A stretch of DNA of 64,000 nucleotides, taken from the NCBI RefSeq assembly GCF_009914755.1, contig NC_060931.1. One strand, 5' to 3'. Source of the DNA: the human T2T-CHM13v2.0 reference genome, Homo sapiens. Positions within the stretch are counted from its first letter, which is position 1; each line of letters opens with the position of its first letter. Shown here piece by piece: positions 17,813 through 40,081 of the stretch. Both the position numbers and the translations under genes were made by a program. The notes beneath the pieces are model-generated. The model saw only the letters and a program-made list of their open reading frames with translations, had not been told where the DNA came from and searched no databases.

Positions 17813-19288
17813 TTAGGAGGCTAAGGCAGGAGAATTGCTGGAACCTGGGAGGCGGAGGTTGCAGTGAGCCCAGATCACGCCACCGCACTCCACCCTGAGC
17901 GACAGAGCAAGACTCCATCTTAAGAAAAAAAAAAAAAAAACTACAGTTCCCTTTGTAAAATGGGTTTTTGGTAGAGACAGTGTCTTGCTGTCATTCCGGC
18001 TAGAGTCCAGTAGCTGGGACTACAGGTGTGGGCCACCATGCCCAGCTAATTTTTCCATTTTTATAGAGATGGGATCTTGCTATGTTGCCCAGGCTACATT
18101 TTTTTTTAAATCATGAGTTTTTGAAGGAAATTGGATAGGGCAGGCTGTGGTAGGGGATGGATTGGACAAGCCCCTGCTTGAATGCCTGCATACAGTGGGG
18201 AAAAGGGGGATCAAAATGGGTCAAGCCTTAAGGGTCCCTCCTGCACGCAGTGTCCAGGTGCAGGTCTGGGATGGCAGAAGAACCACAGGCTCATGAGCAC
18301 TGGCCTGGGCACAGGTCCACAGGTCTCTGCCCCGCTGCAGCTTGGCCCTCCTCTCTCCAGGCCTCAGTTATCTCATCCATGAAATGGAGCTGATGGAATT
18401 CCTGCTAAACCTGTGCACAGGCCCTACAAGGGGTTAAAAGCTGAACCTGAATGTAGCTTTTTTATTTTTTCGAGACCGGGTCTCACTCTGTCACCCAGGC
18501 TGGAATGCAGTGGTGCAATCGCTGCAGCCGTGAACTCTGCCCGGGCCTGGCAGGGAGTTGGGGCTCTGTGAAGTGGTTCAGGAGGGGAGAGAAGGACCAT
18601 TATCCCACGCTTCTGCTACAGATCGCAGTCTCTCCCCTCTAAACCGCCCTTGCCCTTCGCTGGCTGCGTCTCCCTGCTGTGAATGGTCGTAATTACCAAC
18701 GTGAGGTCGTCAGTCTGAGCTGAAGTCCTCTAACTAGGCGGGGAGAGTCAGGGCTGGCCAGGGCTCTTGCACTTTGCCCCGAGAGAGAGCCGTGGAGCCA
18801 GCCCAGGCACCACCCGAGCCAGTTGGTTTAAAATTGTGTACATAGCATGGCTGTGATTCAGTGAGCTTGGTTGTCTTTTTTTTTTCCCCCTTGGCAAATT
18901 TCAGTTACTCCTTGGGCTAACAGACAGCAGACTGGTAAAGATAAGATGAGAGTTGCCCAGCCAGCGTTAAAGAGAGAGAGGAGACCGAAGAACAGAATGA
19001 GCAGGAGGCGGGCAGGAAAAATGTCAAGGGAAGGCCTGTCCACCAAAGGTGTCACTGTCCAGGGGCAGTGGGCAGGAGGTCGCTGCTGCGGGGATGGGTT
19101 CTTTCAGCAGGACTTTCTGCACAGCACTGGGGGCAGAAACATGAAGGTGAAACCCTACACACACTGAGTCCTAACTATGACATTTCCAAACAGAGAACAC
19201 TCTGAAATGTTTGCAACTGTGGGTGTCTTTACAGCCAGCCTGGGTTCAGGGGAGCTCAGGCAGGTCCTCCCGAGAATAGGTTTGCTGA

Positions 19289-19644
<356 letters not shown>

Positions 19645-21262
19645 TGAGGACATCGAGTGGTTCAGGGACTTGCCCAGGGTCGCGAGCTGATTGCAGAGCT
19701 GGGATTTGAACCCAGGCAATCAGTCTTGGGTAGACCACTGGGCTTGTGACCCTGGCCTTGAAGGGCCCGGTATTGCTCCTGCCCCTGCAGTGTCCTCAGC
19801 AGCTCTCTGAGGCGATTCTCTGATCCGTGTTTTTCCCGTGAGCAGATTAGACTCAAAGGTGACCGGGCATGCTGGAGCTGCCCTGCCCCACCTGAGGCCG
19901 AGGCCACCACTGCCCACAGCAGTCCTTGGGGAACTCCCTGGTGGCGACCTGGTGGTGGTGGCAGGAGCCTGGCTCTGTTGGGAAAGAGGACTCATGACCC
20001 CACCTGCAGCTCTCCGAGATGCTCAGCTGGTCTGGGCACGATGGCTCACGCCTGTATCTCAGCACTTTGGAAGGCCAAGGTGGGTGGATTGCTTGAGCTT
20101 AGGAGTTGAAGACCAGCCTGGGCAACATAGTGAGACCTTGTCTCTACAAATAACACAAAAATTAGACAGACATAGTGGCACACACCTGTAGCACCAGCTA
20201 CTCAGGAGGCTGAGGATGGAGGATGGCTTCAGCTCAGGAGGCGGAGGTTACAGTGAGCTGAGATTGCTCCACTGCGCTCCAGCCTGGGCAACAGAGCCAG
20301 ACCATCTCAACTCAAAAAAATAAATAAATAAATAAAGCTTGGCTGGGCCATCTGGGTTAGCAAGGATCTTAGCATTCTCCCTCAGGGCTAACCAGGGTGC
20401 GTGGGCGAGCTGTCTCGGTTGCAGCGGGGGCCACGATTCCTGTCGGGCAAGACTGGTGCCAGCCTGCACACCTCAGAGCCCAACAGGAATATCTGTTCAG
20501 ATCGAGACGTTGCCCTTTCCCCTGCAGGGCACGGCTAGAGCACAGACACAAACCCAGTGTCAGGTCCCCAGACACGGCAGGGGACAGGGGAGTTGGTCTT
20601 CACCTGTGGTTCAGGTTCCCTCCCAGACAGTGAGTCACTTATGTGCCCAAGGAGCTGCCTCTGGTGCACTCACAGTTCCCAGAAGATCTGGGATGGGACT
20701 ACAGGTGTGCACCACCATGCCCAGCATTTTTTCTTTTTTTTTGGTAGAAACAGGGTTTCCCTCTGTTGCCCAGACTGGTCTTGAACTCCTGGCCTCAAGC
20801 AATCCTCCCACTTCAGCCTTCCAAAGTGCTGGGATGACAGGCATGAGCCACTGTGCCCAGCCTGTAGTGCTTTTTGATATGTGAGATTAGATCCAGCAGG
20901 CCCAGAGTCCCAGTTGAGGAATGTGGAAACAGGCTCAGAGAGGTTGAGTGACTTTCCATACACCACACAGCATTAGGGATTAGAATCAAGATTGCCTTCC
21001 AGTCTGATGAGCCAGGGACTTTCCCCATACCTGGCCCTGGGGATCCCCCTTTTCCCCACTGTATGCAGGCATTCAAGCAGGGGCTTGTCCAATCCAGCTC
21101 CCACCAGAGCCTCCCCTACTCCATTTCCTTCAAAAACTCACGATTTAAAAAAATGTAGCCTGGGCAACATAGCAAGATCCCATCTCTACAAAAGATGGAA
21201 AAATTAGCTGGGTGTGGTAGCCCACACCTGTAGTCCCAGCTACTGCACTCCAGCCTGAATGA

Positions 21263-21823
<561 letters not shown>

Positions 21824-22315
21824 TAGCCCCACTCCACCCCTCCCACACTCCAGAGGTGGTCAGGACGCCTCCCCAAACTGCCAGCCCCCTCAGCCAGCCC
21901 GGCCCCACTTTCCTGACATGCACACTCCCACCACTTCTGGTCCACCGCCTGGGACCTGTGCCCCATATAGAATTGCCATAGTATCCTATCGACTGCCCCG
22001 TAGTGTCACTCCTGGTTAGCTGCAGCCTGGTTTAGGGTTGCACTTCTTCCCAGACCAGGCAAGACTTGGAAGGAAGAGGGGAAGTTTCCTGATTGGCTAA
22101 AGCATGTTGAGCACCTGAAATCACAGGATACTACAAGTTTCCTTGTGTCTTACTCACCGCTCACAACTGCCTTGGAGGTCCGTGTGATGAGCCCCAGCGT
22201 GCAGATGAGCCCACATCCTTGGAGCTTTGGGCCCCGTGTGGTGGTCACCTCCTCTGGGAAGTCCTCCCTGACTCCCAGCTGGGTCAGGATCCCTGCTATA
22301 GACCCCCGTGGGCCA

Positions 22316-23085
<770 letters not shown>

Positions 23086-23124
23086 TTGTTTGTTTGGGTT
23101 TTTTGTGTGTTGTTGTTGTTTTGA

Positions 23125-23433
<309 letters not shown>

Positions 23434-23582
23434 TGAGACGGAGTCTTGCTCTGTCGCCTAGGCTGGAGTGCAGTGGCGCAATCTCAGCTCACTGCAACCT
23501 CCACCTCCCAGTTCAAGGGATTCTCCTGCTTCAGCCTCCTGAGTAACTGGGATTACAGGCATGCACCACCACGCCCAGCTAA

Positions 23583-23729
<147 letters not shown>

Positions 23730-23893
23730 TGAGAGGCCTGCTAAGCTTCTTTCTGTCCTGCAGGTTTCGTAGAGCTCTGACTTTGAGTCTCGCTCTGTCC
23801 CGACACAGGAGAAGACAGAGGTGTGGCATTGTGGGCTGAGAGCAACAGATTAGAGGAAACTATCTTAAAGATTAAGCCTTCTTTCTACAGCTA

Positions 23894-24373
<480 letters not shown>

Positions 24374-26297
24374 CTAGGAAAGCATCTGCACACAGTGATG
24401 TGTGTGATCCAGGCCATCCTTTCTCTGTTCTGTGCATGCATGGCCATGCCTGCTGAGAATCCTGCCACCAAAGATTCCTCAGTGGCATGGGGACAGATGG
24501 AATGTGCTGTTGCTTCCCTGCAGGCTCTAGGAGCTGGTCCTTGGGCCCAGGACTCCATCACTGTTGTCTGCATGGATTTGGACAAGGGTGGCCTTGATTC
24601 TTCCCACATCCTAGTCCTGAAAGGAAGGCCCGTGTTGGGTCACAGGAGAAGACGAGGGTTCTAGGGGATGTGGAGCGTGGGGTCTTTGTGTGGCTGAATT
24701 AGAGGCATTACTCCACGAGATAGGGACACGGGAGGAGGACGTTGTCTGGAATGGCTGATGTTTGCAGTGTCTCTGGGCACGCAGGGGGGCTGGCGGGCCG
24801 TGCCTGAAGACAGATCAGCAACTCAGAGATGTGCAGAGATTGCTGAGTGTGGGTGTGGACGGACCAGGCCAGGGACCTGCAGGGTTTGGGAGGACCTGAG
24901 GTGGTGGGTGTTGGAGCCCTGGGAAAAGGAGGAACCAGGCCAAGCAGGTGCCCAGCCTCTGTCCTGTGGGAAGCTCCCTGCTCTTTGGGGCAACCCCCAC
25001 ATGGGGAACAGGGCCTCCATTCTGGCAGCTTGCGCACGGGAGGCCAAGCCACCCAGACGGGGTCAGCAGACTCTAAGCAGCACAGAGCACCACGCCAGGA
25101 GATGCAGTTCCCAAGGCAGCCTCCTAAACAGAAGTGAGCTCTTCCCAGAGTTTTCAAGATTAAAAGAGCCAGACACAGTGGCTCACAACTGTAATCCCAG
25201 CACTTTCGGAGGCTGCGGACAGGAGGATCGCTTGAGCTTAGGAGTTCGAGAACAGCCTGTGCAACAGAGAGAGACTCTCTCTACAAAAAATTTTAAAAAA
25301 ACTTAGTCTGGCATGGTGATTCATGCCTGGAGCCCCAGCTACTTGAGAGGCTGAGTGGGGAGGATTGCTTGAGCCAAAGAGTTCAAGGCTGCAGTGAGCT
25401 ATGATGGCACCACTGTACTCCAACCTGGGAAACAGGGTGAGACCCTGTCTCAAAAAACAGGAGTCAGGCTGGGCACAGTGGCTCACGCCTGTAATCCCAG
25501 CACTTTGGGAGACCGAGGCAGGCAGATCACCTGAGCTCAGGAGTTTGAGACCACCCTGGCCAATATGGCAAAACCCCATCTCTACTAAATATACAAAAAT
25601 TAACCGGACGTTGTGGCAGGCGCCTGTAGTCCCAGCTCTCAGGAGGCTGACGCAGGAGAATGGCTTGAACCTGGGAGGCAGAGGTTGCAGCGAACCGAGA
25701 CCGTGCCACTGCACTCCAGCCTGGGCAACAGAGTGAGACTCTGTCTTGGAAAAACAAAAAGAAAAAAAAACAGGAGTCATTTTGCTCCAAAGACCCATCA
25801 GTCTGCTCTGCCCTGAATCATCCGGCCCTGGCTCCCTGCCTGCGTCTAGCTCCACCCCACAACATCTCACCCTTACCGAACCCGCCTGCCCCAAGAGGCC
25901 CAGCCCATGTGACCCCACGCTTCTCAGAGAGGAGATTTCCTGTTGGACATGCAAACCACCCTTCCTGCAATCCCAGCCCCGTCCTCAACCCTGGCACAAG
26001 CCCACAGGCTGCTGCAGAGCTCTGCCCCAGACCCCATCTCCAGCCCAACCCCCACTCTGCCTTACAGCCCAGCTCAGGCCCCATCTCCAGGGCTAACTGA
26101 CTCCAGCAGCTCCTCTAGGCTACAGGGAGGGGAGAGCAGAGCACACCAGGGCTCAAGCAGCAGATAGGCCGTGACGGTTACCTGGGCAGTGAGCAGGGAG
26201 AATGCACGGCCCCCACACTCCCAGACACGGTCTGTTTCCCATTCACAGACCTTGGTCAGCGAGCGGTCAGGGGATTTCCAACAGCCCAGCACAGTGA

Positions 26298-26648
<351 letters not shown>

Positions 26649-26859
26649 TGATCTGCCAATCTCAGCCTCCCTCAGTGCTGGGGTTACAGGCGTGAGCCAC
26701 CGCACCCAGCCAACACAAGATCTTTCACGCTTGAGTGCCTATGCATGGCTGGTCCTTCTGTCCTGGTGGCTTCCCACTGCCACTCCGTCCTTCACAAACT
26801 CCTACCTGCCTTTTTGGAGCCCATTTTTTGTTTGTTTGTTTGTTTTCATTTTTGTTTGA

Positions 26860-26958
<99 letters not shown>

Positions 26959-27719
26959 TGAGTAGCTGGGACTACAGGTGCCCGCCACATGCCCAGCTAA
27001 TCTTTTTGTATTTTTAGTACAGACGGGGTTTCACCATGTTGGCCAGAATGGTCTCGAACTCCTGGCCTCAAGTAATCTGCCTGCCTCTGCCTCCCAAAGT
27101 GCTGGGATTATAGGCATGAGCCACCATGTCAGGCCTTGAGAGCCCATTCAAGCATCCTTCTCTCTTGGGGGAGGTCTCCCCAGACTTGCCCACAGAGGGT
27201 GGGCACCCTCATTCATGCCCCTTGTCTCCTAAGTGTGTCCTGTTGTACTTTAGTGACCAGATGACACCCCCTCTGGCTGGGAGCCCCTCAGGGAAGCAGC
27301 CCTGCCTCTTCTCTTTAGGTTGTTTTGTGCCCAACACAGGGCCTGTGCTGGGGACACTGATAAAAAAATGTGGGATGGGCTGGCCACCGTGGCTCACATC
27401 TGTAATTCCTGAACTTTGGGAGGGCAAAGCAAGAGGATCACTTGAGGCCAGCAAGAGGATCACTTCAGCCTGGGAAACATAGCGAGACTCCATCTGTACA
27501 AAAACTTTAAAAAATTAGGCATGGTGGCACACATCTTTATTCCCAGCTACTCAGGAGGCTGAGGTGGGAGGATCACTTGAGCCTGGGAGTTGGAGGCTGC
27601 CGTGAGCTATCTATGATCCACTGCTGCCTTCCAGCCTGGGTGACAGAGCAAGACCGTGTCTCAAAAAAAGAAAAATGGATGGAGGGACAGACCAATAACT
27701 GATGCTAGAAACCAGCTGC

Positions 27720-28020
27720 AGCCAGGCACAGTGGCTCACACCTGTAATCCCAGCACTTTGGGAGGCTGAGGCGGGTGGATCACCTGAGCCAGGAGTTTGA
27801 GACCAGCCTGGGCAACATGGTGAAACCCCATCTCTACTAAAAATACAAAAATTAGCTGGGCATGGTGGCACGTGCCTGTGATCCCAGCTACTTGGGATGG
27901 TGAGGCAGGAGAATTCGCTTGAACCCAGAAGGCAGAGGTTGCAGTGAGCTGAGATCACGCCACTGCACTCCAGCCTGGGCAACAGAGCGAGACTCTGTCT
28001 CAAAAGGAAAAAAAAAAAAA
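27720..28020 (+). mobile_element. Full-length Alu just upstream of exon 28155
   Basis: Dimeric Alu with A tail. Confidence 0.92.
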
Positions 28021-28154
28021 CAGCTATATAGGAGTGGGTCGGCCCTGCAGAGAATGTAATGTTTTGGCAGATCAGGGACGCCTGGTGGGAGAAGCAGCAG
28101 GTCCAGTGGCTAAGCTGGTGCCAACTCTCATGCCCCCTTGTCTTCCTCTTGTAG

Positions 28155-28232
28155 ATGAAGATGACGCCAACAGACTCGGGGAGAAGGTGATCCTGCGGGA
28201 GCAGGTGAAGGAACTCTTCAACGAGAAATACG
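28155..28232 (+). CDS. GTF2IRD1: GTF2IRD1 coding exon (78 nt, phase 1-1): (D)[25 protein letters not shown](G), start of the last I-repeat
   Basis: ag|ATGAAG...TACG|gtcagt; [14 protein letters not shown] is the N-terminal signature of a GTF2I-like repeat; visible inside ORF 28034..28351. Confidence 0.96.
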
Positions 28233-28394
28233 GTCAGTGCCTGTGGTCAGGGTCAGCACACCAAGCCCTCCTCCCGGGGGTGGTGGGGGGCCTCCCTCTG
28301 CAGCCAGCCTGGCTTTCAGGAGCCCCCAGCTGGCTGCCTGCTCCCTGGTGACATGGCTGCTCTGCCCATGACCCACGTTTTGTGTATGTTGATT

Positions 28395-28992
<598 letters not shown>

Positions 28993-29070
28993 CCAGGGTC
29001 TTGATTTTTAAACTCTCTGGGTGTGATGGCTGCTGGGCTAGGGCAGCCCAGACTCCAGCCCTTTCCCTAG

Positions 29071-29322
<252 letters not shown>

Positions 29323-29656
29323 TGAGTGCCCGGCCTCTGGAACGGGGAACAGAGAGGGCGAGGCCATGGGGAGGGTGAAAGTCAAGGTCACGGTGGGTCA
29401 GCTGGGATCCAGACCCAGGTGTACTGTAATAGTTCCTGCCTCTTTCTCCTGAAACATACAACTTCAACAGTCATGGACATTTACTTATTTTTAAAGATTT
29501 TTTTTTAGATATTACATTTGTTCTCTGGGGAAAAAACAAAACATGTTTTAATTAAATTTGACTTTTTCTGACTATACAATTCTGATTTTTAACATTTAAA
29601 TATAAATATGTTTATTTAAATATGAATATTTATTATATATTTTAGAATAATTATAA

Positions 29657-29865
<209 letters not shown>

Positions 29866-30385
29866 TAGAGATGGAGTTTCACCATGTTGGCCAGGCTGGT
29901 CTCGAACTCCTGACCTGAAGTGATCTGCCCGCCTCAGCCTCCCAAAGTGCTGGGATTACAGGCGTGAGCCACTGCACCCAGCCTGCATTATTACTATTAT
30001 ACCGTATATCCTTACAATCTTTTGGGTTTTGGTTTTTGTTTTGAGACAGGGTCTCACTCTGTTGCCCAGGCAGGAGTACAGAGGTATGATCATGGCCCAG
30101 TGCAGCCTCAACAGGGTCTCACTGTATTGCCCAGGCTGGTCTTGAACTCCTAAGCTCAAGTGATCCTCCCACCTCGGCCTCCCAAAGTGCTGAGGTTACA
30201 GGTGTGAGCCACCACACCCAAACCTGGGTGGCCCAGTTTTTTTTTTTTAATACAATAGATTATTTGATTATTTTCAGAATAATACACACAGCAACCTGGA
30301 AAATACAAAAAGATAGAAGAAAAGAAGATAGCTGTAACTCTCCTACTGAAAGTCAACACTGTGATGCATTTCTTTATATTTTTAA

Positions 30386-31015
<630 letters not shown>

Positions 31016-31242
31016 TAATAGAGACAGGGTTTCTCCACGTTGGTCAGGCTGGTCTCGAACTCCCGACCTCAGGTGATCTGCCCACCTCAGCCTCCTAAAG
31101 TGCTGGGATTACAAGCTTGAGCCACCGTACCCGGCCCGCCTTCAATGTTATATTATGTGTTTTGTTTCTTCGTTTTTTTGAGATGAGGTCTTGCTCTGTC
31201 GCCCTGGCTGGAGTGCAGTGCCGTCATCTTGGCTCACTGTAA

Positions 31243-31578
<336 letters not shown>

Positions 31579-31581
31579 CTA

Positions 31582-31821
<240 letters not shown>

Positions 31822-31847
31822 TCAGGAGATCACAACCATCCTGGCTA

Positions 31848-32837
<990 letters not shown>

Positions 32838-32991
32838 CTATATGGGGGATGCTCTGTTGGGACGTTGTGCCCCCCATTTTTATTTGGGTCTTACCAGGCT
32901 CCCCCAGCAGCAGCAGCAGCATATCTCAGGGAGCAGGTGAGAAGGAGGGGAAAACAGCCAGACACCTGGATTCTCCGGGCGCGATGGCTCA

Positions 32992-33441
<450 letters not shown>

Positions 33442-34480
33442 TCATGCCTGTAATCCCAGCACTTTGGGAGGCCGAGGCAGGCAGATCACTTGAGGTCAGG
33501 AGTTCAAGACCAGCCTGAGCAACATGGTGAAACCCCGTCTCTACTAAAAATGCAACAATTAGCTGGGCGTGGTCGTGGGCACCTGTAATCCCAGCTACTC
33601 AGGGGACTGAGGCAGGAGAATTGCGTGAACCCGGGAGGCAGAGGTTGCGGTGAACTGAGATCGCGCCCCTGCACTCCAGCCTGGGTGACAGAGCAAGACT
33701 CCATCTCGAAAAAAAAAAAAAAAGAAAGAAAGAAAAAAGCAGAGACACCAGGAGTTGGAGGCTGCAATGAGTTATGATTGTACCACTGCACTCCAGCCTG
33801 AGCAACGGAGCGAGACCCTGTCTCTAAAAAAAAAAAATTTCATAAAAAAATTTTTTAAAGGCAGAAATAGATGTGGTCCAGGTGGGCATGCAATAGATGG
33901 CTGACCACCTTGAGAAAAATATAGCCCCTCTCCACGCTGGGGCCTCCCCAGGGAGCCTGAGGTCTCCATGAACAGAGCCAGGTATCCCCAAGAGGCCTCC
34001 AGAAACCTGCAGGTGCCCTGCAGAGGGGAGGCCTTGCCATAGCACCAGTGAGTGTATGAGGTCAGCTGGAAGGACAAGAGGCAGGCTGGGCCTCAGGGAG
34101 GATCATGGAGTCCTCCTGGGTAGCAGAGGGGTAGCACGTGACCAACAGTGGTGAGGCAGGCAGGCATTGCCCGAGACTGGCCAGACCCCCTCTGTTCTGC
34201 TGGCATCTGCAGGGTATACAGAACCTTTCACTAGGCACCTGGGGGCCGCCTGGCATGATGGTTCTGATTAAGGTGTATGATGGGACTTGGGAGAAAGTAC
34301 TCCCGGGTGACTATGATGTGCACCTGATTAAGAAACACTGATTGGGCCAGGCGCAGAGGCTCACACCTGTAATCCCAGCACTTTGGGAGGCCGAGGCAGG
34401 CATATCACTTGAGATCAGGAGTTCAAGTCCAGACTGGCCAACATGGTGAAACCCCATCTCAACTGAAAATAGAAAAATCA

Positions 34481-34582
<102 letters not shown>

Positions 34583-34652
34583 CTAAACCCTGTCTCTACT
34601 AAAAATACAAAAATTAGCCAGGCATGGTGGCACGTGCCTGTAATCCCAGCTA

Positions 34653-34862
<210 letters not shown>

Positions 34863-35103
34863 TTAGTCCAGGAGGCAGAGGTTGCAGTGAGTCGAGATCA
34901 CACCACTGCACTCCAGGCTGGGTGACAGAGCAAGACTCTGTCTCGAAAAGAAAAAGAAAAAGAAACACTGATTGGCCAGGTGTGGTGGCTCACGCCTCTA
35001 ATCCCAGCAATTTGGGAGGCCTAAGTGGGAGGACTGCTTGAGTCCAGGAGTTTGAAACCAACCTGGGCAACGTAGTGAGATCTTGTCTCTACAAAAAGTT
35101 TTT

Positions 35104-35193
35104 TCTCCCATCCAAGTACTAACCAGGCCCGACCCTGCTTCAGTTCTGAGATCAGGCAAGATCGGGTGCATTCAGGGTGGTATGGCTGTGGAC
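35104..35193 (-). pseudogene. 5S rRNA retropseudogene, 3'-truncated (about nt 1-90 of 5S), inserted in an Alu linker
   Basis: Reverse complement reads GTCCACAGCCATACCACCCTGAATGCACCCGATCTTGCCTGATCTCAGAACTGAAGCAGGGTCGGGCCTGGTTAGTACTTGGATGGGAGA, which is vertebrate 5S with CpG-decay changes; flanked by a 15-bp TSD. Confidence 0.93.
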
Positions 35194-35300
35194 CAAAAAG
35201 GTTTTTCTAAAAATTAGCCAGGCATGGTAGTAGGCACTTGTAGTCCCAGGAGGCTGAGGCTGGAGGATCACTTGAGCCCAAGAGTTTAAGGCTGCAGTGA

Positions 35301-35624
<324 letters not shown>

Positions 35625-36371
35625 TAAGCCACTGCTACCGGCCTTTTTTTTTTTTTTTTTTCTTTCAAGACAGAGTCTCACTCTGTCACTCAGGCTGGAG
35701 TCAATCTTGCGATCTTGGCTCACTGCAACCTCCGCCTCCTGAGTTCAAGCAATTCTCATGCCTTAGCCTCCCGAGTAGCTGGGACTTCAGGCATGCACCA
35801 CCACACCCAGCTAATTTTTTGTATTTTTAGTAGAAGTGAGGTTTCACCATGTTGGCCGGGCTGGTCTCAAACACCTGACCTCAAGTGATCTTCCCACCCC
35901 AGCATCCCAAAGTGCTGGGATTACAGGCGTGAGCTACTGTGCCTGGCCGAGACCCCGTCTCCTAAGAAATAAAAAAGAAGAAGAAAGAAAAAATACTGAT
36001 CTAATCTTACCCCACCTCATTGTACAGCTGGGAAGCTGAGGCACAGAGATGCCCAGGGACTTGCCCAGGCCACATAGTGAGTCAGATGCTGTGTAGACCC
36101 TGCTCTCAGGACCACCCATCTGAACCATAGACCACCGTGGGCCACACGGCCCAGTATGGCTGCTCAACAGGGACAGTGATAGGATTCAGCAAGTCCACGC
36201 CACAACCTTACCTGAGACCCAAGGCCCTGACTCCTGTCAGGACCAGGTTCACCTGGAACTCCACAGCCTGGGGTGGCACAGCCCAGCTAGAAGCCACCTC
36301 CTTCCATCAAGAGCTAGTCACAAGCCTGGGCCATAAAGTGAGACCCTCCCTCCGTCTCTGCAAAAAAATTA

Positions 36372-36635
<264 letters not shown>

Positions 36636-37441
36636 TCACGCCTGTAATCCCAACACTTTGGGAGGCTGAGGCAGGGAGGCAGGTGGATCACCTGAGGTCA
36701 GGAGTTCAAGACCAGCCTGGCCAACATGGTGAAACCTTGTCTCTACTAAAATCCAAAAAAAAAAAAATTAGCCGGGGGTGGTGGTGGGCGCCTGTAATCC
36801 CAGCCGCTCAGGAGGCTGAGGCAGGAGAATTGCTTGAACCCAGGAAGCGGCGGTTGCAGTGAGCTGAGATCACACTACTGTACTTCAGCCTGGGGAACAC
36901 AGCCAGGCTCTGTCTCAAAAAAAAACAAAACAAAACATGGCAGAGACACAGAAGGCCACATGAAAGCCTCAGGAGGATTTGGGACAGATGCCCAGAGGGT
37001 GGATACTGTCACCCACATCCACCACTCCCTCCAATGTGGCCATCTCTCATGGTGATTCAAGGATGGCCACAGCCCATGGACCAGTCTGAGACAGAGGGTG
37101 GGGCAGCCTCTGACTTCTTTTTCATGTGGAATCTCCCACAAAAATCCCTCTGACTCATAGCCTGGGCTCCTCCTGCCTCCAGGGTCTTCTCTTTCGCAGG
37201 GTCTCTATGCCTCACCACAGACCCCCAGTTTCTGACTTCTCCACCAGTTGAAGAGACATTTGCCCCATGGACCCAGCCTGCCCTTACTCTGTGTCATTAA
37301 GACCCTTCCGGTGGGCTGAGTGCAGTGGCTCACGCCTGTAATCCCAGCACTTTGGGAGGCTGAAGCAGGAGAATTCTTTGAGCCCAAGAGTTCAAGACCA
37401 GACTGGGCAACATACAGAGACCCCGTCTCTACAAAAAATTA

Positions 37442-37597
<156 letters not shown>

Positions 37598-38001
37598 TTA
37601 TTGGGCTGGGCGAGGTTTCCATGCAGTAATCCATCCAATCAGGACGTGCTGCTCAAAGTCTTACATCTTCACCTCAAGTTAATCCAGCAACCACAGAACA
37701 CCTGCTGACCCCTCCTCCGTGCTGAACTAGGTGCTGGGTTCTTTTATGCATGCGGTGTTTTTTGAGTCTCACATCACACTGGTTTCCCCATTTGACTCAG
37801 AGAGGTTCATCAGTTTTCCCAGATTCACACAGTGATAATAGTAAGTGGCCACAGTGAAATTTGAACTTAGGACTTCTGATTCTAAACCAGAGTTTCTTTC
37901 ACTGGGGCACTGCCTGTCTACTTGGACCTGTGAACTCTCCACTCAGGACCACCATACATTAGTGATAACCATAGCAATACAATTTTTTTGTATTTTGGTA
38001 G

Positions 38002-38319
<318 letters not shown>

Positions 38320-38481
38320 TGAAATGTGAATAGGATCTTGGAGGGTTGCTGGGAGGATCCCAGCAGACAATGTGCAAAGCATTTAGCACAGTGCCCAGCA
38401 CCCAGAAAATACTCAGAAACTGAGAATGCGATTAATATTGTTGCCATGAGCCAGGCACGGTGGCTCATGCCTGTAATCTCA

Positions 38482-38743
<262 letters not shown>

Positions 38744-39229
38744 TCATGCCTATAATCCCAGCACTTTGGGAGGCCGAGGTGGATGGATCACTTGAGGTCA
38801 GGAGTTCAAGAGCTGCCTGCCCAACACGGTGAAACCCCATCTCTACTCAAAATACAAAAAAATTAGCTGGACGTGGTGGCAGACACCTATAACCCCAGCT
38901 ACTTGGGAGGCTCAGGCACTAGAATCGCTTGAACCCAGAAGGCAAAGGTTGCAGTGAGCCAAGATCGCGCCACTGGACTCCAGGCTGGGTGACAGAGCGA
39001 GACTCCATCTCAAAAAACCAGAAAGAGAGAGGACCTAGGGCCTAAGGGGTGAGCTTGCTGGGGAGGAGGAGGGACACATGGGGATGAGGATACGGTGTTA
39101 GCAAAGGCAGGCAGGCCAGCAAGAGCAGGAGGCCGGGGAGAGTGGGCCCTCGGGCTTGCTTTGGGAAGGAGGCTGGACATGTGGGCTCTGGACAGGTGGG
39201 CCCTGACCCCCAGGGGATCAGGAGCCTGA

Positions 39230-39598
<369 letters not shown>

Positions 39599-39682
39599 GT
39601 GGGGACCTTCCGGCCTCGGGGGTTATAGATGCATCCACCTGTCTCACCCAAGAGGTAGCCCATCCTTCTCGTGGGGTACTCA

Positions 39683-40081
<399 letters not shown>

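Noticed and set aside
23741-23826. Acceptor-like ttctttctgtcctgcag followed by a possible donor gag|gtgtgg
   Set aside because: There is an early in-frame TGA in phase 1 and the donor is weak; nothing supports use even as a poison exon.
24708-25306. Cluster of 96-182 aa ORFs in non-repeat DNA
   Set aside because: No recognisable domain, overlapping on both strands, and the longest runs into an Alu.
35104-35193. Functional 5S rRNA gene
   Set aside because: About 30 nt are missing from the 3' end, it carries many substitutions, and it is a single copy flanked by a TSD.
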